From Vicinamibacteria bacterium (GTDB lineage Bacteria > Acidobacteriota > Vicinamibacteria > Marinacidobacterales > Marinacidobacteraceae): 64,000 bases of DNA. The DNA lies in assembly GCA_964291235.2 (NCBI GenBank), contig OZ219815.1, positions 704,001-768,000 of the forward strand, in the 5' to 3' direction. The position numbers and the translations under genes are program-made. The notes beneath the pieces are model-generated. The model was not told the DNA's origin. It did no database searches and saw only the letters and a program-made list of their open reading frames with translations. Below, piece after piece: positions 8,757 through 16,744 of this stretch. How positions within the stretch are numbered: the stretch's first letter is position 1; every line of letters begins with the position of its first letter.

Positions 8757-10685
8757 ATGATTCAACTCGTCGAAGGCTCGAAGGCCTACGGAGACCAGGT
8801 GCTGCTTCGCGAAGTCTCCTGGCAGGTCACGGGCGGAGATCGCATTGGCCTCGTCGGGCCGAACGGATCCGGGAAATCCACGCTCCTGAAAGTCCTCGCC
8901 GGACTGGTGTCGCTGGACGCCGGAAGAGTCGTGCTGGCCAAGCGGAAACGGGTTGGCTACCTGCCCCAGGAAGGGCTCCAGTTGAAGGGTCGAAGCGTCG
9001 CCGAGGAGGTGCGCACGGCATTCGCCGATCTGTTGCAGCTCCGGCGAGAACAGGAAGACATGGCGGAACTCCTGTCCCGGACTCCCGATCAGCCCGAACT
9101 CCTCACCGCCTATGGGGAAAAGGAAGAGGAATGGCAGCGCCGGGGCGGATACGAAATGGACGCCCGCATCAGCGAGGTTCTTTCCGGTCTGGGCTTTGCC
9201 GCCGGAGATCAGGACCGGCCTGTCGAGACCTTCAGCCAGGGCTGGCAGATGCGGATCTCCCTTGCCAAGCTGCTGGTGGAAGCGAATGACCTCATCCTGT
9301 TGGACGAACCGACGAACTATCTGGACATCGAGGCGCGCACCTGGTTGCTCGGATTCCTCTCGCAGCACCGCGGAGGGCTGGTGTTGGTCGCTCACGACCG
9401 CTACTTCCTCGACTCCGTCGTCACCCGCATCACCGAGATCGGGATGGGGCGGCTTGGCAACTACCCGGGCACCTACAGTCGGTACGAAACGCAGCGCGCC
9501 GCCGAAATCGCCGACCTCAGAAAGCGGGCCGCCGAGCAGGCGGCCGAGATTGAACGCAACGAGCGTTTCATCAGCCGGTTTCGCTACCAGGCCAGCCGCG
9601 CGCGGCAGGTTCAGAGTCGCGTTCGCATGCTGGAAAAAATCGAGCGGATCGAGGTGCCCCCCGAGCCCCGGCGGGTCGCATTGCGGCTACCGCATCCGCC
9701 GCGTTCCGGCCGGGTTCTGGTGAAGCTCACCGGCGTCGCCAAGAGTTTCGGCGACAACGAAGTCTTCAGGGGCGTGGATCTGGTGGTCGAACGCGGCCAG
9801 CGCCTTGCCCTCACCGGGGCGAACGGCGCCGGCAAATCCACGCTCATCCGTCTGATCGCCGGCGAAGATCCCCCGAGCGCCGGCACGCGGGAACTCGGTC
9901 ACAACGTTCGGTTCGCCTACTACGGCCCCGACCGGCACGATCTCGACCCCGACCGCACGGTTCGCGAGACCATGGCCGACGCCGCGCCGCTCGCGATGCT
10001 TCCGCAGATTCGCAACATCCTGGGAGCGTTCTTGTTTTCGGGGGAGACCGTGGACAAGAAGACGGCGGTCCTTTCCGGCGGCGAACGAAGCCGGCTGGCG
10101 CTGGCTCGCCTGTTTCTGCGCCCGGCCAACCTCCTCCTGCTCGATGAGCCAACCAACCATCTCGATCTCGACGCCAAGGCGGCACTCCTGAACGCCCTTG
10201 CGAACTATCAGGGAACCATCGTGTTCGTCGCCCACGACCGGTACTTCATGGACGCGCTCGCCACCCGGGTGGCCGCCATCGGCGCTGGCGACGCCGCGCT
10301 CTACTGGGGCAACTATTCGGACTACCTCGCCCGGACGAACCCGCCGGCGGGCGCGGACAAGGCTGCCGAAACCCCCAAACGGCGCCCGCCAGGCGCGTCC
10401 GACCGCAAGAAGCGGGACGTCGGGGGCGCGGCTGCCGTGCGCGAACGCCGGGCTCCGGGCAAGAACCGGTTGCGGCAGTTGCGGCGCGAATGGCGGGAAG
10501 TGTTCGAGGCGATCGCGGACACCGAGGCTGCCGTCGAGAGCCTCGAAGCGCGCATGGCGGCTCCGGGTTTCTTCGGCGATCGCGAAGGGTCCCGCGAGGT
10601 CACCGCTACCTACGAGGACCTGAAGGGCCGGCTACCGGCGCTCTACGAGAAACTCGAGCGACTCGACGCCGCCGTGGGGAGCTAG
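8757..10685 (+). CDS. ABC-F family ATP-binding protein
   Basis: Two ABC domains (GPNGSGKST, GANGAGKST; LLDEPTN twice; HDRYF twice), interdomain linker, C-terminal coiled coil, no TM segments. Confidence 0.93.
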   Translation: MIQLVEGSKAYGDQVLLREVSWQVTGGDRIGLVGPNGSGKSTLLKVLAGLVSLDAGRVVLAKRKRVGYLPQEGLQLKGRSVAEEVRTAFADLLQLRREQEDMAELLSRTPDQPELLTAYGEKEEEWQRRGGYEMDARISEVLSGLGFAAGDQDRPVETFSQGWQMRISLAKLLVEANDLILLDEPTNYLDIEARTWLLGFLSQHRGGLVLVAHDRYFLDSVVTRITEIGMGRLGNYPGTYSRYETQRAAEIADLRKRAAEQAAEIERNERFISRFRYQASRARQVQSRVRMLEKIERIEVPPEPRRVALRLPHPPRSGRVLVKLTGVAKSFGDNEVFRGVDLVVERGQRLALTGANGAGKSTLIRLIAGEDPPSAGTRELGHNVRFAYYGPDRHDLDPDRTVRETMADAAPLAMLPQIRNILGAFLFSGETVDKKTAVLSGGERSRLALARLFLRPANLLLLDEPTNHLDLDAKAALLNALANYQGTIVFVAHDRYFMDALATRVAAIGAGDAALYWGNYSDYLARTNPPAGADKAAETPKRRPPGASDRKKRDVGGAAAVRERRAPGKNRLRQLRREWREVFEAIADTEAAVESLEARMAAPGFFGDREGSREVTATYEDLKGRLPALYEKLERLDAAVGS

Positions 10686-10722
10686 GGGTTCGCGAACCGG
10701 CCGGCCCCGCATCGGGTGGCCG

Positions 10723-11280
10723 TCAGGCTCCGGGAGCCGCCTCTTCGAGCTCCACGCCGAGCCCGTTGGCCATGCGGTTCACGAAGCAAAAGTAGGACGC
10801 CACGGCACAGGCATCGTGAATGTCCCGGTCGGAGAGCCCGGCGTTTCGAAGCGGGTCGAGATCTTGCGGGCCGAGGCTCGACGGCGCTCGCGCCAGCTTG
10901 ATGACGTAGTTGGCGAGCGCCCGGAATCGGGGCGAAAGGGAACCCCCCTCCGGATCGCGGCAGAGGGCGTCCACCAGCTCCCGGTCCCTGGTCAGCCGGA
11001 GAAGACCCCTCCGGTGGTGCTCGATTCAATAGTGGCACTCGTTGACCACGGAAACGGCGACCGCTATCAGTTCCCGTTCGGCGAGGCTGAGCCCCGATTC
11101 GCCACGCATCAGGTGCTCGTAGAGGCTCAGGTGGTGCCCCAGCGTTTCCGGATTCAGACTGGACACCCTCAGGATGTTGTCCACCAGACCATCGGGACGC
11201 CGGTGGCGGCGGTAGAGAGAGCCGAGCTGACCCGAGCGGCCTGCCGCGCTGTCCGGCGAAATCATGGGAATCCAAGACAT
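10723..11280 (-). CDS. AhpD/CMD-family peroxidase-related enzyme, probable selenoprotein (CHYU, Sec85)
   Basis: ORFs 11026..11280 and 10723..10974 are in one frame joined through TGA at 11028-11026: ERELIAVAVSVVNECHY*IEHHRRG...AGLSDRDIHD...FCFVNRMANGLGV; 185 aa in total. Confidence 0.85.
10996..11014 (-). promoter_or_regulatory. Putative bacterial SECIS element
   Basis: After an 11-nt spacer from the UGA: CCGGAG-GGGUCUU-CUCCGG hairpin with apical G/GU. Confidence 0.7.
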
Positions 11281-11311
11281 CGGATGAACCGGAACGTAGG
11301 ATACCGGGCCG

Positions 11312-11797
11312 ATGCTTCAGATCGCCTGCGACGGCTCCTGCCTCGGAAACCCCGGGCCGGGAGGGTGGGCGGCGGTAATCCTCTCCGGAACGGGAGGGGA
11401 GCGGGTCCTCTCGGGAGGCGAACCGAACACCACCAACAACCGCATGGAACTCACCGCCGTCATCCGGGCCGTGGAAGCGGTGCCGGACGGCGTTCCGGCG
11501 ACCGTGTTGTGCGACAGTCAGTACGTGGTCAAGGGAATCACCGAGTGGCTCCCGTCCTGGGTGCGGCGCGGCTGGCAGACCGCGGGCCGCCGCCCGGTCA
11601 AGAATGCCGACCTGTGGCGACGTCTGGCCGCGGCACACGCGAAGCGGCCGGCCGTTCGATTCGAGTGGGTCCGGGGCCATGCCGGTCACCCCGGGAACGA
11701 ACGCGCCCATACGCTCGCTTCGGAAGAGGCCATTCGGCAAAAGCGGGACAAGTCCGCGCCCGGCGCGGTCCGTGGGCTTTTCGCGGCTAGGGGATAG
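11312..11797 (+). CDS. rnhA: Ribonuclease HI
   Basis: CDGSCLGNPGPGGW, TTNNRMEL, DSQYV, VKNADLW, WVRGHAGHPGNE. Confidence 0.96.
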   Translation: MLQIACDGSCLGNPGPGGWAAVILSGTGGERVLSGGEPNTTNNRMELTAVIRAVEAVPDGVPATVLCDSQYVVKGITEWLPSWVRRGWQTAGRRPVKNADLWRRLAAAHAKRPAVRFEWVRGHAGHPGNERAHTLASEEAIRQKRDKSAPGAVRGLFAARG

Positions 11798-11810
11798 ACT
11801 CGGGGCGTTC

Positions 11811-12761
11811 GTGCGCGAATACCGGTTCCTTCAGGCGGACGTTTTCACCGACCGCGCCTTCGCGGGCAATCCACTCGCCATCGTGACCAGTGCGGAAGGG
11901 TTGTCGGGGGAAGAGATGCAGCGGATTGCTGCTGAGATGAACCTGTCGGAAACCGCCTTCGTCCTGCCGCCCACCGACGTGCAGGCGCTTTGCCGTCTTC
12001 GAATCTTCACCCCCAACACCGAACTGCCCCTGGCGGGACATCCCGTCGTGGGAACGTTCTTCGTGCTGGCGCGGCGGGGAGAACTCGGGCTGGGCGAACG
12101 ACTGAAGGCCCTGGGAACCGGTGTTCACCGTATCCATCAGGAGTGCGGCGCCGGCGTCCTCCCGGTGGACATTCGGATTCGCGAGGGCACGGTAGAACAG
12201 GTCGTCATGACCCAGGCGCCTCCCCGCTTCTTTGCCGAGTTCACCGACCGGAACGCTCTCGCCGCCTGCCTCGGCATCGGCGCCGATGAAGTACTTCCCG
12301 ACGGCAGGCCGGCGCAGGTCGTCTCCACCGCGCTCCCACAGTTGATGGTGCCGGTGCGTTCGCTCCGCAGCCTGGAAAAGCTGGAACTGGATTCGGCGGC
12401 GACCCAAACGCTGCTCAACCGCGAGGAAATCGGCTCCGACTGCATGATGGTGTTCTCCACCGAGTGCGCCCGCGAGGAAAACGCCGCTCACGCGCGGATG
12501 TTCGCCCCGGGCCTCGGGGTGGTCGAAGATCCGGCGACTGGCAGTGCCGCGGGCGCATTGGGCGCCTGGCTGGTTCGGAACGGGCTGGTGAAGAACGGCG
12601 ACGGAGATCCGGTCCGTCTCGTGATCGAACAGGGCTACGAGATGGGTCGTCCCAGCTTGATCCACGTGGAAGTCGAACGCGACGGCGGCCAACCCTCCCT
12701 GGTGCGTGTCGGCGGCCAGGCGATCGAGGTCGCCGAAGGAGTGCTGAGGATCCCGGACTAG
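11811..12761 (+). CDS. PhzF-family isomerase/epimerase
   Basis: DVFTDRAFAGNPL, EMNLSETAF, ELPLAGHP, EDPATGSA, EQGYEMGRPS; GTG start at 11811. Confidence 0.93.
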   Translation: MREYRFLQADVFTDRAFAGNPLAIVTSAEGLSGEEMQRIAAEMNLSETAFVLPPTDVQALCRLRIFTPNTELPLAGHPVVGTFFVLARRGELGLGERLKALGTGVHRIHQECGAGVLPVDIRIREGTVEQVVMTQAPPRFFAEFTDRNALAACLGIGADEVLPDGRPAQVVSTALPQLMVPVRSLRSLEKLELDSAATQTLLNREEIGSDCMMVFSTECAREENAAHARMFAPGLGVVEDPATGSAAGALGAWLVRNGLVKNGDGDPVRLVIEQGYEMGRPSLIHVEVERDGGQPSLVRVGGQAIEVAEGVLRIPD

Positions 12762-12780
12762 CCCGCGACCCGGCTTTGCA

Positions 12781-14400
12781 TCACGGAAAGGTGATGCGTT
12801 CGCCGGGGAGCACCGGAGTGTGTGCGGGGACCCGATGGGCCTGCACCCGCTGTTCGAAGGCGTAGCCCAGAGCGAGAAGCCGGGGTTCGCTGAACGCCCG
12901 TCCCAGGAAGGAAATGCCGACTGGCAACCCGCCACCGGTGAACCCCGCGGGGACGATCAGATCCGGAAATCCGCTCATGTTGGCGAGCCGCACCGGAGAC
13001 GGTCCATAGAGATCCGGCGGCCGGTCGATGAGCGCCGGCCGGATCGGGGAGGTCGGGTACACGAGCGCGTCCAGTTCCTCCTGATCCATCAGACCTTCGA
13101 CGAGCGCACGGACCAGTGGGAGAGCGTGCTCCCGGACCGCGAGGTGTGCGTAGTCGGTGACTTCTCCGCTCGCGTTTTCGCGCAGGAAGAGGCTCCAGCG
13201 CCCCGGGTTGGGACGAACTCCTTCCCCGCGCGAGGGCAGCGCCATGGACCGATCGACCAGCTCGTCGAGGGATCTCGGATATCCGTCACCGAGGCCCTCC
13301 AGGTACTCCGCGATCTGTTTACGGAATTCCGGCCAGCGCACCGTGGTGTAGAAATCGCTCTCGACCTCCAAGAGCCATTCCGGGAATCGGACATCGACAA
13401 CTTCGGCGCCGGCGTCGCGCATCGCGTCGAGCGCCGCCTCGATGATCCAGTCCACTTCGCGATCGACTCCCATGAAGTCGCGCGCCACACCGAGGCGCGC
13501 GCCCGCGAGCGCGCCGGCGTCCAGAAACTGCGTGTAGTCGTCGTGGAAATGTCCGGCGCTGGCTGAGGTCGCGGCGTCTGCCTCATCCACCCCAACCATC
13601 GTTCCCAAAGAGACCGCCACGTCATGGACGCTGCGCGCCATCGGTCCACCGGTGTCGAACGAGAGCGCCAGCGGCACGATCCCGTCTCGGCTGAGGAGCC
13701 CGAGCGTCGGCTTGAGCCCGGCCAGGCCGTTCGCCGTGGACGGCCCGCGAATCGATCCGCCGGTGTCCGAGCCCAGCCCGACGAAGCCATAACCGGCGGC
13801 AACCGCCGCCCCGGTGCCACCGGAGGACCCGGACGGAGTCCGGGCCGGATCGTGCGGGTTCCGGGTGACCCCGCCGAGCGAACTCATCGCCCCGCCGGAA
13901 GCGAACTCGCTGAGGTTCACCTTGGCCAGCACGATCGCCCCCGCTTCCCTCAGTTTGCGCACCACGAAGGCATCGTCCGGAGGACGCGAATCCTGGAGCA
14001 GGAACGATCCGGCGGTCGTCGGAATGTCCGCGGTGTCGAAGTTGTCCTTGAGCAGAACCGGAATCCCGTGCAGTGGTGAACGGCGCCCGGACCGCTCCCG
14101 CTCGGCGTCCAGTTCCCGAGCTCGCTGCCGAGCGTTCGGGTTCACCGAGATGACGGCGTTGATCTCCGGGCCCTGGTCGTCGTAGGCGTCGATCCGCGCC
14201 AGACACAGCTCGACCAGCCGTTCCGCCGTAAGGGCGCCGGCATCCACCGCTTCGTTGATCTCGGCAATCGTTGCCGTGGTGAGGTCGATCTCCCGAGACT
14301 GGCGGGCTTCCGAGCCGGCGGCAAACAACAGGACGAGGGCGGCAAGCGCCCCGCCCCGACGAGCGGAACGGGAAGGAGGACAAAGGCGCATGGGCGCCAT
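12781..14400 (-). CDS. Secreted amidase signature family protein
   Basis: Signal peptide, LHGIPVLLKDN, GSSGGT, SDTGGSIRGP (Lys-Ser-Ser triad). Confidence 0.92.
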   Translation of the reverse strand: MAPMRLCPPSRSARRGGALAALVLLFAAGSEARQSREIDLTTATIAEINEAVDAGALTAERLVELCLARIDAYDDQGPEINAVISVNPNARQRARELDAERERSGRRSPLHGIPVLLKDNFDTADIPTTAGSFLLQDSRPPDDAFVVRKLREAGAIVLAKVNLSEFASGGAMSSLGGVTRNPHDPARTPSGSSGGTGAAVAAGYGFVGLGSDTGGSIRGPSTANGLAGLKPTLGLLSRDGIVPLALSFDTGGPMARSVHDVAVSLGTMVGVDEADAATSASAGHFHDDYTQFLDAGALAGARLGVARDFMGVDREVDWIIEAALDAMRDAGAEVVDVRFPEWLLEVESDFYTTVRWPEFRKQIAEYLEGLGDGYPRSLDELVDRSMALPSRGEGVRPNPGRWSLFLRENASGEVTDYAHLAVREHALPLVRALVEGLMDQEELDALVYPTSPIRPALIDRPPDLYGPSPVRLANMSGFPDLIVPAGFTGGGLPVGISFLGRAFSEPRLLALGYAFEQRVQAHRVPAHTPVLPGERITFP

Positions 14401-14559
14401 CGTATCCGCCGGGCGCTCCGGCGAGCTACGCGGGACGGATCCGGGAAGCTGCCGCCGTCTCCGGGCGGGTTCCGGCCATTCGTGAGCCCGCCCCGGGAGT
14501 CTTCCCTCCGTCGGGCGCAGGGATCTCGGTTTGAGAACCGCTACTCCCGCCGGAGCCGG

Positions 14560-15594
14560 TCAGCTCGCCGAAACGCGGAGACGCGGGTCCTGCCGGAGCC
14601 GCAGAAGAGCCTCGGTCTCGAGCTGGCGCACCCGCTCGCGGGTCAGATGAAGCTCGCGCCCGATCTCCTCCAGGTTCGCCTCGCCACCACCCAGAATTCC
14701 AAAGCGGCGCTTGAGGACGTGCTGCAAGCGATCCGGGAGATCCGAAATCGCATCGCGCACGTGGCGGCGCTGCTCGGCGTCAGTAACGCCTTCGATGGGA
14801 TTCAACTGGTCCGGATCGGGCGTCAGCTGGATGCGAGGCGTCCCGTCGGGAACCAACGGAGCATCGAGCGAGTCGATCTGCGGCACCGAGCGGAGGGCAT
14901 CGCGCAGCCTCTCCGGAGGAACACCGATTTCGCGAGCCACTTCGTCCGTACTCGGGAACTGCCGCTTGCCGCGGCGCGCCGGATCGTTCCGGTATCGCTG
15001 CTCGAGTTCCGCTCTGACCTTGGAAGCCTTGCGGTGAAGATCCAGCTTGTTGATCGGGACCTTGATGGTGCGGGACTTTTGCGAGAGAGCCCGCCAGATC
15101 GCCTGCCGGATCCACCAGGTGGCGTACGTCGAGAACTTGAGGTTGCGCTCGGGTTCGAACTTGCGGACCGCCTGCATGAGTCCGATGTTGCCTTCCTGAA
15201 TGAGATCTCCCAGCGGAAGTCCCTTGCCCCGGGACTGCTTGGCGATGGAGATGACGAGGCGCAGATTCCCCTCGATCATCTTCTCCCGGTTCTTGTAGAA
15301 GGTGTCGAGGTCGTTGTTCGAAGGATCCTCGGTCTCCTCGATCTCGCGAAGCGCCGTCTGCATCGCCCGGCTGTACCGCTGCTCATCGTTCTTGGTGAGC
15401 AACCGGTGCCGGTGCGTATCGCGCAGGTACAGCCCCATGGAATCCAGGTCGCCGGTCTGGTGCGTATCGGGGGCGAGTCCGAGCTCCGCCGCCTGATTCG
15501 CTTCCTCCTCAGTGGACTCTTCTTCTTCTTCCTCGATCTCGAAAGCTTCGTCCACGAATTCGATGGTTTCGTAATCCGTACTCGTAGGGTCCAT
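14560..15594 (-). CDS. RNA polymerase sigma-70 factor, RpoD/RpoS-like without region 1.1
   Basis: Region 1.2 [53 protein letters not shown]; GGAG RBS before ATG 15594. Confidence 0.93.
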   Translation of the reverse strand: MDPTSTDYETIEFVDEAFEIEEEEEESTEEEANQAAELGLAPDTHQTGDLDSMGLYLRDTHRHRLLTKNDEQRYSRAMQTALREIEETEDPSNNDLDTFYKNREKMIEGNLRLVISIAKQSRGKGLPLGDLIQEGNIGLMQAVRKFEPERNLKFSTYATWWIRQAIWRALSQKSRTIKVPINKLDLHRKASKVRAELEQRYRNDPARRGKRQFPSTDEVAREIGVPPERLRDALRSVPQIDSLDAPLVPDGTPRIQLTPDPDQLNPIEGVTDAEQRRHVRDAISDLPDRLQHVLKRRFGILGGGEANLEEIGRELHLTRERVRQLETEALLRLRQDPRLRVSAS

Positions 15595-15647
15595 AACTCC
15601 CTCCAATCAACTCCTTGTTGTCAACCTTGTTTTCTAAAGGGCAGATA

Positions 15648-15663
15648 CGCACACCGCGTGCCA
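15648..15663 (-). promoter_or_regulatory. Putative sigma-54 (-24/-12) promoter of the sigma-70 gene
   Basis: Minus strand TGGCACG-CGGT-GTGCG with GG-N10-GC spacing, about 55 nt upstream of the ATG. Confidence 0.55.
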
Positions 15664-15880
15664 TCTTGCCCTTCTCACCGCTCCGTCTCCCCGCGGAACG
15701 ACCCTGGTACTCCGTGAACCACGGCGAATCGGCCTTTACCCAGCGATCCAGACTGGCTGGACCGCCTCGCAAACGCTGGTTCCCCTTCGTCCATGTAGTA
15801 CGAATAACGCCGCACCCGAACCAAGGGTTCCCTTCCCCGCGGACGGGCCCCGCGAATCACGCCGGCAGGGCCGGAACGAT

Positions 15881-16588
15881 TCAGCCCACCGGAGGCGGCT
15901 CGGAAAGCGGCAAACGCACGATGCTGGCGCTGGATTTCAACTCCTCCAGCCAAGCGGAAATCCGCCGGTTCAGATCGCGCTGTTCAAGTATATTCCTAAT
16001 CAGGCTCTCTACATCAGTCAAAGTTGCAGGTGAGCCGGCGTCGAGGTCCGGGAGCAGAACGGTCCGGTAGTACTCCTCCACATCGCGTTGCGCCACCTGG
16101 ACCAGCGGGCGGAAGCGGCGGTCCACGTAACGGTCCACAATCAGTTCCCGCTGAATCCGCTTTCGCAGATAGTCCTCGGCGATGCCGAGACGCCGCAGGG
16201 TGGCCCGATACTCGTCCGGAGTCGGAAAGCGGTCCATCAAGGCGCGCAGGGTGGCCTCGCTCTCCTCCTCGGAGGGCGGTTCCTGCGGATACCGGCGCGC
16301 CTCGCGTTCCATGAGCCTCGCATCGATGAGGCGCTCGAGAGTCTCCTCCACCGTGAGCGAAGGCCCTCCTCCCGGCATGAGCGCAGCAGCCTCGAGGACT
16401 TCCGAGTACGTGATCGGCTCGCCGTTCACGACGGCGAGCACCCGGTCGATCCGGTCGGACTCCTGGCCCCGGGAAAGGGCCGCGGAACCTGTCCCCGCGA
16501 AACCGGATTGGAAACAACCGATCGCCAGGGCAGCGGCGACGATCGCCGCGCGGACGAAACGGGCACTCCGGCAGGCCAAGTGCTTCAT
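15881..16588 (-). CDS. SurA N-terminal-domain-like periplasmic chaperone
   Basis: Signal peptide, IDRVLAVVNGEPITYSEV, LERLIDARL, WLEELK; no evident rotamase domain. Confidence 0.8.
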   Translation of the reverse strand: MKHLACRSARFVRAAIVAAALAIGCFQSGFAGTGSAALSRGQESDRIDRVLAVVNGEPITYSEVLEAAALMPGGGPSLTVEETLERLIDARLMEREARRYPQEPPSEEESEATLRALMDRFPTPDEYRATLRRLGIAEDYLRKRIQRELIVDRYVDRRFRPLVQVAQRDVEEYYRTVLLPDLDAGSPATLTDVESLIRNILEQRDLNRRISAWLEELKSSASIVRLPLSEPPPVG

Positions 16589-16744
16589 CCTGGGGGTGTA
16601 TTCGGACGGAATCCGGAACGGCACACCGGAACAGTCTCGCACAGACCCGTCCCCGATCCCCACCCGGGCGCCATCCGGGGCCCTCGGACCCTGGGTCGCG
16701 AAGATCTGTGTGGGCACCCGAGAGGCCCTGCGGTGGACGGGCTG

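Noticed and set aside
10723-11280. Two separate small genes or a pseudogene
   Set aside because: The stop falls exactly on the catalytic Cys position, the frame continues, and a SECIS-like hairpin follows, so Sec recoding explains it better.
14482-15717. 411-aa ORF antisense to the sigma factor
   Set aside because: Shadow frame of a clearly real minus-strand gene.
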